From Nitrospinales bacterium (GTDB taxonomy: Bacteria > Nitrospinota > Nitrospinia > Nitrospinales > VA-1): a DNA stretch of 64,000 bases. Positions 50,007 to 58,924 of this stretch are shown piece by piece. The translations under genes were made by a program, and so were the position numbers. The stretch covers positions 2,464,001 through 2,528,000 of the forward strand of contig CBDCXL010000002.1 of NCBI GenBank assembly GCA_965223795.1, written 5' to 3'. The notes beneath the pieces are model-generated. The model saw only the letters and a program-made list of their open reading frames with translations. It ran no database searches and was not told the DNA's origin. Each line of letters begins with the position of its first letter. Position 1 is the stretch's first letter.

Positions 50007-50342
50007 ATGCCGCTGGAAGATGAACTGGGTGACAATGACCTGCGCCTCGTTCGTGATGGCGAGCGCATCCCGCTCGGCAGGCTTGATGTGGAGGTGATGA
50101 CGACGCCGGGACACACGCCGGGCGGCGTGTCGTTCAAGGTCGGCGAGTCGGTGCTCTCGGGCGATGCGATTTTTGCGGGCTCGATGGGCTGCGCCAACGC
50201 GTCCTGGCCGGGGCTGTACGCGTCGATCACCGGGCGGCTGCTGACGCTGCCGGAACACTTCCGCCTGCATCCGGGGCACGGCCCGGCGACCACGGTGGGC
50301 GAGGAGAAACGCCACAACCCGTTTTTCTTCGGCACGGGCTGA
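50007..50342 (+). pseudogene. MBL-fold (glyoxalase II-like) hydrolase fragment lacking HxHxDH
   Basis: TPGHTPG, SGDAIFAGS and PGHGP present, HxHxDH absent; only 111 aa. Confidence 0.7.
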
Positions 50343-50432
50343 CCGCACCGCTTTCCTTTCCCTGTATTTCCGCGTTTTATCCACGCTCCCGATTCCGCTT
50401 GCAGGAATCTGCCGGTGGGCTATATTGGCGGC

Positions 50433-52003
50433 ATGGACCCGGAAAAAGTCAACTACCACTACTGCGAGGACCTGCCGACGACGCCGCTGAAGCCGGGCAC
50501 GCGCGTTCTGGTGACGGGCGCGAACGGCTATGTGGCGCACCGCCTGATCCCGGAACTGATCGAGCGCGGTTACACGGTGCGCTGCATGTTCCGCACCGCA
50601 CCATCCTGCCTCTGCTCAAGCATCCAAGAATTGAGAACGTGTTCGCGGACTGCCTGCGCGGCGAGGAACTGACGGCGGCTCTGGAAGGGGTGGAGTACGC
50701 CTATTACCTGATCCACAGCATGCGCGCGAGCAAAACCGAGTTTGTGGAGCGGGACAAGCTGGCGGCGTCCAACTTCCTGCATGCGGCGGAGCAGGCGAAG
50801 GTGAAGCGCATCATCTATCTGGGCGGGCTGGGGGAAACGAACGAGCGGTTGTCGCCGCACCTGAAAAGCCGCATGCAGGTGGGCGGCATCCTGTCCAGGG
50901 GCAGCATCCCGGTGATCCGCCTGCGCGCGGCGATCATCATCGGCACCGGCAGTGCGTCCTACGAACTGCTCAAGTCTTTGGTCAAGCACAACCGGATGAT
51001 TCCGTTTCTGCCGGAGTTCGATTCGAAATGCCAGCCCATTGCCATCCGCGACGTGATCAAGTACCTGGTCGGCGTCATGGAAATCGAAGGGCTGACCACG
51101 CGCGCCTACCACATCGGCTGCCAGGATGTATTGTGCTACACGGAGTTGATCCGCCGGGTCGCCAAAATGCTCGGCCGGCGCGTGCGCCTGTTCAATGTGT
51201 CCTGGGTTCCGCTGCCGGCGAACATGCTGTGCCAGGTCTACGCCTACTGGCTGCACCTGTTCAATTCGGTGCCGGTGAACATCGCCTCCCTGCTTCTGAG
51301 CAGCCTCAAGACCGATGTGGTGTGCACGGAAAACGACATCCGGAAAATCCTGCCGTTCGAAACGCTCGACTTCAACGCGGCGGTCGAGCGGGCGCAGCGC
51401 AAGGAAGCGCAGTCACGCGTGTACTCGCACTGGAGCGACGTGCCGCCGGAGGAGATGAGCGAGCTGCTGCCGATCTGCGAATACAACTCTTCGGAGTTCA
51501 TGGTCGATGAACATTTCACGGACATCCCGGTGAAACCGGAGGTGCTGTTTCCGGTGATCTGCCGCATCGGCGGCAATCACGGCTGGCTGCACGCCAACAT
51601 CCTGTGGGAGATCCGCGGCGCCGTCGACCGCATTCTGGGCGGGGTGGGGCTGTCGCGCGGGCGCCGGGACGACAACCAGCTTCGGGTGGGCGACTCGGTG
51701 GACTTCTGGCGGGTGGAAAAACTCGTTCCCAACCAGGAGCTTCTGCTGCGCGCGGAGATGAAATCGCCCGGCCTGTCCTGGCTGCAGTTCGAGCTCAGTC
51801 CGCAGAACCGGGATTCCACCCGTCTGACCCTGCGGGCGCACTTCATCCCGCAGCCGTTCTGGGGCAATCTGTACTGGATGGCGATGGGGAAATTCCACGA
51901 CTACATCTTCAAGGGAATGCTGGAATACTTCCACAAAGAATCGGCCAACGCCCAGGATCCGATGCAGGAAACGCCCGCCTACCGCGTTCCCGCCGTCAAG
52001 TGA
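50433..52003 (+). CDS. YbjT-like NAD(P)-binding SDR with DUF2867 C-terminus; one base missing at about 50595
   Basis: VLVTGANGYV in one frame; AYYLIHSM, HLKSR, GDSVDFWRV, LRAEMK in the next. Confidence 0.85.
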
Positions 52004-52018
52004 GCGTGCTCTAATTCT

Positions 52019-52483
52019 TCAGAGCGTCTTTTTATAGGGATTGGGTTTGTAGGGAGTGGACTTCCATTCGGTTTGGCGTTCGGGCGGTGATTTTCTCTGC
52101 TGCGGGCGGCGCTGCTTGAGGGGGACTTCCACTTCGAGTGCGTGAATGTGTTTGCGTTCGGCGTTGCCCTTGTAAGCCGGGTAGTGTCCGGTGATGATCT
52201 CTTTTTCGATCAGGTACTGCCAGGTGGGGTAATCCGGCAGGAAGCCTTTGTTGATGAGAGATTGAATGTGCTGCCTATTGGCGTAAAAGGGCAGGATGAG
52301 CCAGCCGACGCCCGCCGTGATCACGGTGAGGGCGAGGGACAGGAACGTCCAGGTGAACATCCCCTTATAGAGATACCAGAGGAAATTGAAGAACAGGCAG
52401 GGCCAGGAAAATCCTTCGCGGATTTTCCGCGGACGCCGGGTTCTGGGATGGTGCATTTTTCCTATGTGCCGGCTGTTCAACAC
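52019..52483 (-). CDS. DUF2628-like membrane protein
   Basis: GFSWPCLFF..WYLYKGM...FYAN; start uncertain. Confidence 0.65.
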   Translation of the reverse strand: MLNSRHIGKMHHPRTRRPRKIREGFSWPCLFFNFLWYLYKGMFTWTFLSLALTVITAGVGWLILPFYANRQHIQSLINKGFLPDYPTWQYLIEKEIITGHYPAYKGNAERKHIHALEVEVPLKQRRPQQRKSPPERQTEWKSTPYKPNPYKKTL

Positions 52484-52672
52484 GAAGCACCAGAGTTTTG
52501 GTTCTTGGGGGGGAATGCTGCCGGTGAATTGCCAAGACCGTCGCTGCGGATTGCGAGGTAGTTCGGCACGGTTTGCGCGTCCTTTCGGTGTTCTGAAGTT
52601 CGATAGTACCCGACTTTTTTTCTCATTGAAACCCCGCTGTGCGTTAAATTGAATTGGCGGTTGTTATTGCGA

Positions 52673-53620
52673 TCATTCCGGGATCGAAAGCGCCGGGCCC
52701 AAGCGGATGATCGAGGATGCATAGATGTCTCCCAATTCCGGAAACACCTCCGGATGGGCGCAATACGCAAGGATTTCAATCGAGTCGAGGATCCTCGGGC
52801 CCGGCCGGTTGAAGTAGGCGTTGCCGTCCACCAGAAACACATTGCCGTTTTGCGTGGCCTTCCAGTTATCCCAGGGAGCGCAGGCCTTGAGCCGGTCCAG
52901 TTCGCGGATGGTCTGGCCGAGCTTGAAGCCGCAGGGCTTGACGATGACCACATCCGGGTTGATCGTGTCCAGCTCGCCGCGGTTCACGGTGCGCGCTTTT
53001 TCTCCTGCGGCGGCGAACAGGGCCTCGCCGCCGGCGATGCCGATCATTTCCGGCACCCACAGGCCGCCGACCATCACCGGGTCCATCCATTCCAGTGTCA
53101 GAATGCGCTTTTTTTCCTTCACCCCGTCGGCGTTCAGCGTGTCCTCGATGGCGGCGATGCGGCCGTCCACGGATTCCAGGAACCGCTCGCAGTCCTCCTG
53201 CCTGCCGAGAACCTCGGCGACGCGGCGGATGTCGTCCCAGATGTCCTTCAGCCGTTGCGGCCGAAGGGTGATGAGCCGGGTCTGTTCCCCCAGAACCTCG
53301 CGGCAGGCGGTTTCCACCTGGCCGAGGGGAACCGCGCAGACATCGCAGAGATCCTGGGTGATCACGAAGTCCGGGTTCAGGGTGTCGAGCAGGTCCAGGT
53401 CCAGATCGTACACCGACAGTGCCTGCCGGATCAGCGCCTCGACCGAATCGTGAATGCCGCGGCTGGTATCGCTGGCGTTGACTTTCGAAGCGGTGACCCT
53501 GGGAAGATGGGCGACTGTCGCGGGATAGTCGCATTCGTGGGAGATCCCCACCAGATACGATTTCAATCCCAGCTCACAAACCACTTCCGTGGCTGAGGGA
53601 AGCAGGCTGACCAGTCTCAT
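52673..53620 (-). CDS. BtuF-like (helical backbone) binding protein without signal peptide
   Basis: RLVSLLPSATE, VGISHECDYP, TQDLCDVC, PCGF, FNRPGPR. Confidence 0.85.
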   Translation of the reverse strand: MRLVSLLPSATEVVCELGLKSYLVGISHECDYPATVAHLPRVTASKVNASDTSRGIHDSVEALIRQALSVYDLDLDLLDTLNPDFVITQDLCDVCAVPLGQVETACREVLGEQTRLITLRPQRLKDIWDDIRRVAEVLGRQEDCERFLESVDGRIAAIEDTLNADGVKEKKRILTLEWMDPVMVGGLWVPEMIGIAGGEALFAAAGEKARTVNRGELDTINPDVVIVKPCGFKLGQTIRELDRLKACAPWDNWKATQNGNVFLVDGNAYFNRPGPRILDSIEILAYCAHPEVFPELGDIYASSIIRLGPALSIPE

Positions 53621-54003
53621 GGGTGCTCTATTCTCCAGACCGCTGCGGAGCCGTGTTTAATTTCACCTCTTGAGCGGCGGGCATGTGCGCTGTACAGCAG
53701 ATATGCGTGAATGCATTGTTTGAATTTATTTTATAACGCCTCCGGCATTCCGCCAGAGAAATTTTCAAAGAAATGACGTGGGTTTGGTGGTATAGATAAG
53801 AGAATTCCGTCTTTTTTAACGAAATGTGTGACGGGCGTCACATTTTCGGGGAAACGGTTTGCAGGAAAGAGAAAAACAGTGAAAACCACCCATCAGAGGG
53901 TGCCGGAGGAGGAGTCAGTAAAACATGATGGGTGGTTTTCACATTCTTTTATGAAACGGCGGCCGTTGCGGCGGCCGAACTCACATTCGTTGTCTTTTTT
54001 ACG

Positions 54004-54207
54004 TCACGCACTATTGCCTTCGATGAAAACCTGAGAACGATTGGCGAGGTTGTAACCGAGCGCCAGAATGATTTTGCGTTTGGTGTCGAGACGGCAATCC
54101 CCGCCATTTTCTATGCGGTGGATGGTCTGTACCGTGACCTCCGCCTTTCTCGCCAGTTCCGCTTTGCTCATCATTTTCGATTCCCTGATTTCGCGAACAT
54201 GGTTCAT
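54004..54207 (-). CDS. XRE-family HTH protein (paralog 3 of 3)
   Basis: MMSKAELARKAEVTVQTIHRIENG..CRLDTKRKIILALG; AAGGAG RBS. Confidence 0.88.
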   Translation of the reverse strand: MNHVREIRESKMMSKAELARKAEVTVQTIHRIENGGDCRLDTKRKIILALGYNLANRSQVFIEGNSA

Positions 54208-54901
54208 CGCTCATCTCCTTCCCTGGAGTGTCGTCAACCTTAGCAAACGACTCAAGCGGCACCAGCCTGTGCCGGCTTCCTTTCCGGCGGTCAGTTCGTC
54301 ATGCAATCACGTTCCGCCGTCTGCGGGTAGCGCCCATCACTGGCAGAACCCGCATCGACCCACCCGCGACCCGGCGATCCAGCCGCAAACCGGACTGCAG
54401 GCGTGCCTCGAAAACAGATTTACATTAACCGATGGGCTCGAATGTACAAAATTACAAGTCCTTTGGCAACCATGAAATTGCCTTTTTTTACCTGTTAATT
54501 CTTAAAATTAAATAAATCAATATACTTATTATTATATTTTTTTTGCACTTCGTTTCTTGAAAATACCTATGATTAGACAGTGGTTGTAAATTTAGAAAAT
54601 ACGCATTGGTTTGGGGGCTTTAAGCTGAGCGTTTTGCGTGGTTTGGTTTTCCTGTAACAGGTGCTGTGAGTTTGAGGCGTCGCGGCGGGTTTGGGTCCTT
54701 TTCAGGCATGGGAGATGCGGAAAACCTGGGTTGCCGGTCTTCCCTGTGGTCGGATTGAGGAACCCGTAAAGCTGGATGACACTCCTTAAATAGCAAACTC
54801 TTTAAGGAAGCTTGGCCAAGCATAGCTTGGCGACCCTCCTTATGATCTTCTTATAGGGAAGTGCAGAACTTGTTCTGCCACCCGCTTATTAATTTTAATA
54901 T

Positions 54902-55179
54902 GGAGGCTTGGTCGAGCCAAGCTCGACACCCGCTCATAAAAAATTATAAAGGTGGCTTGGTCGAGCCAAGCTCGACACCCGCTCATAAAAAATTATAAAG
55001 GTGGCTTGGTCGAGCCAAGCTCGACCCGCTCATAAAAAATTATAAAGGTGGCTTGGCGAGCCAAGCTTCATAGGTGGCTTGGTCGAGCCAAGCTCGACAC
55101 CCGCTCATAAAAAATTATAAAGGTGGCTTGGTCGAGCCAAGCTCGACACCCGCTCATAAAAAATTATAAAGGTGGCTTG
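54902..55179. repeat. Tandem array of the 49-bp palindromic unit GGTGGCTTGGTCGAGCCAAGCTCGACACCCGCTCATAAAAAATTATAAA
   Basis: Copies at 54902, 54951, 55000 (2 nt shorter), 55047 (26-nt truncated), 55073, 55122 and a stub at 55171. Confidence 0.95.
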
Positions 55180-55298
55180 ACGAAATGCGGGTTTCCCCTT
55201 ATGTTTTAGGGGAGAACTCCATTGCAAGGCACTCAAATCCAGCGATTTGCGCGTCCTTTGGGAATCATGGACCTGAAACACGGAACCATCCTGAAACG

Positions 55299-56444
55299 AT
55301 GAAAATCTTATCTCCGATATTGATCTGGCTCACGGCTGTTTTCCTGGCGGGCTGCCCGCAGCCCAAGACGATGAAGAGAATGCCGCCGCTTTTCTTTCTC
55401 GGGTTCGCGCTCGACACCGGATTGGAACCGTCTTTTTTGATCACCGACGATTTCAACCGGGACAAAAAGCTGGATCTGATCGTGGCCAACAGCGGCGACC
55501 ACTCCTTTTCCTATTTCAAGGGCAACGGCGACGGCACGTTTCAGGATCAGCGGGTCTTCAAAACCGGGCACGACCCGATCTGCATCGTGGGATCGGATCT
55601 GAACAAGGACGGCTACCTGGATCTTGCGGTGCTGAACTATCAGGACCAGAACATCCAGATCTTTCTCAACACCCGGCTGGGAAGTTTTCAGAGGATCAAG
55701 ACCGAGCTCAAGCCGGGAAAAATTCCCATCAACCTGGAGGCGGGCGATCTCAACGGCGACGGATACCCGGACTTGGTGGTCACCATGCGCTACCACAAGG
55801 TGATGATCCTCATCGGCAAGGGGAACGGCCGTTTTTACGAGCCCAAGAAAGTTGCGGTCGGCGGCCAGCCGACGGCGATCGTCATGGGCGACTACAATCA
55901 CGATGACAAACGCGACGTGGCCGTCGCGCTCGCCGGTTCGGGCAACAAGGGCGTGCAGATCCTGTGGGGCAAGGGGGACGGGACATTCCGCGTCTCCAAG
56001 GTGTTCAAAGGCGGCGGCCAGCCGCTCACGCTCGCCAACCTCGATGTCAACAAGGACGGCTTCACCGATCTGGTGACGTCCAGCAACGTGCTGCACTCGA
56101 TGACCACCGTCATCAACAACGGCGATGAGACGTTCACCGCGCTCAAGGATTTCGCTTCCGGGAGCTTCCCCAAATTCGTCGCCGTTGCCGATTTCACCGG
56201 CGACGGCAACGCGGACCTGGCGGTGTCGAACGCGACGGACGATTTTGTCTCGGTTTCGCTCGGCAAAGGCGACGGCACGTTCACCTACCCGCCGATCTTT
56301 CACGGCGTCGACGAGTACCCGCAGGGCATCGCCACGGGCGATTTCAACAACGACGGGCTCATCGACCTTGCGGTCTCCTGCCGCGACGAAAAGATCATCG
56401 ACATCCTCATCAAAAAGAACATGGTCAACCCTGTTCCTTCCTGA
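55299..56444 (+). CDS. FG-GAP/VCBS beta-propeller lipoprotein
   Basis: Lipobox LAGC; seven D(F/L)NxDGxxDL-type blades with G.GDGTF. Confidence 0.9.
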   Translation: MKILSPILIWLTAVFLAGCPQPKTMKRMPPLFFLGFALDTGLEPSFLITDDFNRDKKLDLIVANSGDHSFSYFKGNGDGTFQDQRVFKTGHDPICIVGSDLNKDGYLDLAVLNYQDQNIQIFLNTRLGSFQRIKTELKPGKIPINLEAGDLNGDGYPDLVVTMRYHKVMILIGKGNGRFYEPKKVAVGGQPTAIVMGDYNHDDKRDVAVALAGSGNKGVQILWGKGDGTFRVSKVFKGGGQPLTLANLDVNKDGFTDLVTSSNVLHSMTTVINNGDETFTALKDFASGSFPKFVAVADFTGDGNADLAVSNATDDFVSVSLGKGDGTFTYPPIFHGVDEYPQGIATGDFNNDGLIDLAVSCRDEKIIDILIKKNMVNPVPS

Positions 56445-56526
56445 CTCCTGCCCGGAGGGGGAATAGAACCTTGTCTGACATCGGGAAAAGCTCGACCGGG
56501 TGCTTTCCCTTTTTTATTTTTTTCTT

Positions 56527-58293
56527 TTAAATTACCGATTCCGCTTCGGGTGTGAGTGCGAGTTCGATCACACCGCCTTCGGGCAGGACGCCGAGGATGC
56601 GGCGGGGGTTGACGTGTTGCGCGACTTCAAGCACGTTCTGGTAGCCGGGCAGGTGGTTGTTGGCCAGGGGCAGGAGCACGCAGTCGTAACTGCGTGAGCG
56701 CAATACCTCAAGAAGACCGGAGCCGATGCGTTCGATCGCAAAGAAGCCTTTGCCGTAACTGAAATATTCGTGCACACCGGGCAGGTTTTCGAATTCGCTG
56801 GCGACGTCCTGCTGGCCGAGGATGTCGAGAGAAGAGGGCGTCTCTCCGAGTGCGGCGAGAATGCTGTGGATCATCCACGGGCGGACGCAGCGCAGCAGCA
56901 ATACGTTCGCGCCTTGCGGGACGGCGCGGTTCAGTTCCGATGTGGTGGGGGAGAACGCCGCCGCTTCGAGCTTGCCTCTGTCGAACGCCGCCAGCGCCTC
57001 GCCGAACATGGCTTGAATGTCGTGTGCGGGGTAGTGCGGGTACTCGACGACCACGTGGCCGTTGCCGTCATAGTCCTGCCATCCGGCATTCGGGTTCAGG
57101 TACGCCGCGTCCACGCAGGCGTCGTAAAAATCGGTGCCGGGCTGCGGCGTGTTGATGGACACCTGGATTTCATCGAGCAGGCCCTGGCGTGTCAGCTCGT
57201 GGATCAGGTCCACGGTTTTCTGATCCTCGGCGCGGCTGGAACCCAGCCCGCCTATGCTGAAGGTGGCGTAGAAGGTGAGGCCGAGGTTCTTGCCGAACTT
57301 GAGGATCGAATGCAGTTTGTCGAGGTCGTGTTTCTTGCCCAGCGTCATCTTCTCGGCGACGCGGTCGCTCGCGGTCTCGATGCCGAAGCGGATCTTGTAG
57401 TATCCCGCCCGCGCCATTTCTTTCAGAGCTTCTTCATCCAGCGAAACGTATTCGCACAGCGCTTCGTATTTGAGCCCGTTCAGGCCAGCGGCGCGGATGG
57501 CGCGCGCCAGATCGATGTTGAAACTTTTTTTGATGTTGTGCACTTCCTCATCGAAGAACACGCCTTCCATCTCCGGGTACTTATCCTTGAGCGTTGCGAT
57601 CTCCTCGACGACGCTGTCGATGCGGCGCGACCGCCAGTTGAGCTCGTCGTAGTACAGCGTCGCCGCCGCGCAGAAGTTGCAACGGCGCGGGCATCCGCGC
57701 GAGGCGTACATCTGGATCTGGCGGTAGCGGCAGTTGGGCTCGTGGTAGTCGATGCGGCGGACGTCGTCGTCCTCGGGAAAGGGCAGAGCGTCCACGTCGA
57801 TGAGCGGTCCGCGGGCGTTGGGATAGACGCCGGGCAGGGTTTTCGGGTCCGCCCCGCGGATGAGATCGAGGACGATGAACTCGTACTCGCCGATCAGGAC
57901 GAAGTCGGCGACTTTGAGCACTTCCTCCGGTTTCGCCATCGGGTGCTGGCCGGTGAGCACGAGCTTTGTGCCCCAACGCTGTTTCGCGGCGGCGGCCAGG
58001 CGCAGGTCCGCAAAGATGGTGCGGGTCGAGCTTTCCAGGATCAGCCAGTCGGGTTTTTCCGGTTCCAGCGCGGCGAGGTAGGCGTCGTGATCCCAGCCTG
58101 CGAGCACGCCGTCGAGAAACTTGACGCGGTGGCCGGTTTCGCGTTTCAACAGCGCCGAGGTGTAGGCGAGCTGCCAGGGGTAGTAGCCGCAGTTGGTGAA
58201 GTTTTTCACGCCCAGCGACCAGCGCGAGGGCACGTGCACCATGTGGTGGCCGGTGCTGTCGATGCCGACGGAATTGGCGACGACGATGTTCAT
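56527..58293 (-). CDS. B12-binding radical SAM protein (HpnJ-like) with C-terminal GT9-like domain
   Basis: LTGQHP, IGEYE, SRGCPRRCNFC, FFDEE, GIET, TPQPGT. Confidence 0.88.
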   Translation of the reverse strand: MNIVVANSVGIDSTGHHMVHVPSRWSLGVKNFTNCGYYPWQLAYTSALLKRETGHRVKFLDGVLAGWDHDAYLAALEPEKPDWLILESSTRTIFADLRLAAAAKQRWGTKLVLTGQHPMAKPEEVLKVADFVLIGEYEFIVLDLIRGADPKTLPGVYPNARGPLIDVDALPFPEDDDVRRIDYHEPNCRYRQIQMYASRGCPRRCNFCAAATLYYDELNWRSRRIDSVVEEIATLKDKYPEMEGVFFDEEVHNIKKSFNIDLARAIRAAGLNGLKYEALCEYVSLDEEALKEMARAGYYKIRFGIETASDRVAEKMTLGKKHDLDKLHSILKFGKNLGLTFYATFSIGGLGSSRAEDQKTVDLIHELTRQGLLDEIQVSINTPQPGTDFYDACVDAAYLNPNAGWQDYDGNGHVVVEYPHYPAHDIQAMFGEALAAFDRGKLEAAAFSPTTSELNRAVPQGANVLLLRCVRPWMIHSILAALGETPSSLDILGQQDVASEFENLPGVHEYFSYGKGFFAIERIGSGLLEVLRSRSYDCVLLPLANNHLPGYQNVLEVAQHVNPRRILGVLPEGGVIELALTPEAESVI

Positions 58294-58300
58294 CGGACGC

Positions 58301-58915
58301 TCATGCCTGTGTCAGCACTTTGGCCGCTTCGGATGCGGGGGTCTCGGTGCGCGCCTCCCGGGCGGGCGTGGCTGAGGGCGCCGGACGGCGCTGTGTGAGT
58401 GCGGCGGCTTTGCGGACGATCCATTCGAGGATGAGCCCCAGCGTGATGGCGGTGAACAACACGGCGGTGGCCAGGAGATTGAGCAGGACAAGAAAGAGGC
58501 GGGTGCGTTCGAGCAGCCATTTTTTAAGTACGCTTTTTCTGCTGAGCGGGACGTGCGCGCCGCGCGGGTTGTACCCGCGCACGGACTTGGCTCCGGAAGC
58601 CACCGCGAGCGCGTCGATGTTGGAATAGCCGAGGCCGTGATCGACGTTGTACAGCGCCACGGTGAGATCGAAATTGCGCGCGCGCAGTTTTTTGAGGTTG
58701 TCCCGGCCGTAGCTATATACGCTCATGCGGCGGTTTTGCCGGATGGTCAGCACGTCCTCGACCAGCGGGTCCCGGCGGGCGGTATCTTCCACGCCTTCAG
58801 GTACCAGAAGGGTGACCGTTGAATCCGGGAATTCCTCCTTCAATGCCTTAAGCGTCGGATTGAGAATGCGGGTGGCGGAACGGATGATGAGAATCTTTTT
58901 GCGCTCGGGCTGCAT
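58301..58915 (-). CDS. GT9-like N-terminal half-domain protein with C-terminal TM helix
   Basis: KILIIRS..LKALKEEFPDSTVTLL..LRARNFD; hydrophobic LFLVLLNLLATAVLFTAITLGLIL. Confidence 0.7.
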   Translation of the reverse strand: MQPERKKILIIRSATRILNPTLKALKEEFPDSTVTLLVPEGVEDTARRDPLVEDVLTIRQNRRMSVYSYGRDNLKKLRARNFDLTVALYNVDHGLGYSNIDALAVASGAKSVRGYNPRGAHVPLSRKSVLKKWLLERTRLFLVLLNLLATAVLFTAITLGLILEWIVRKAAALTQRRPAPSATPAREARTETPASEAAKVLTQA

Positions 58916-58924
58916 GCGGGTCCT

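Noticed and set aside
54902..55179. CRISPR array
   Set aside because: The sequence between palindromes is identical in every copy, so there are no unique spacers, and no cas genes are in the window
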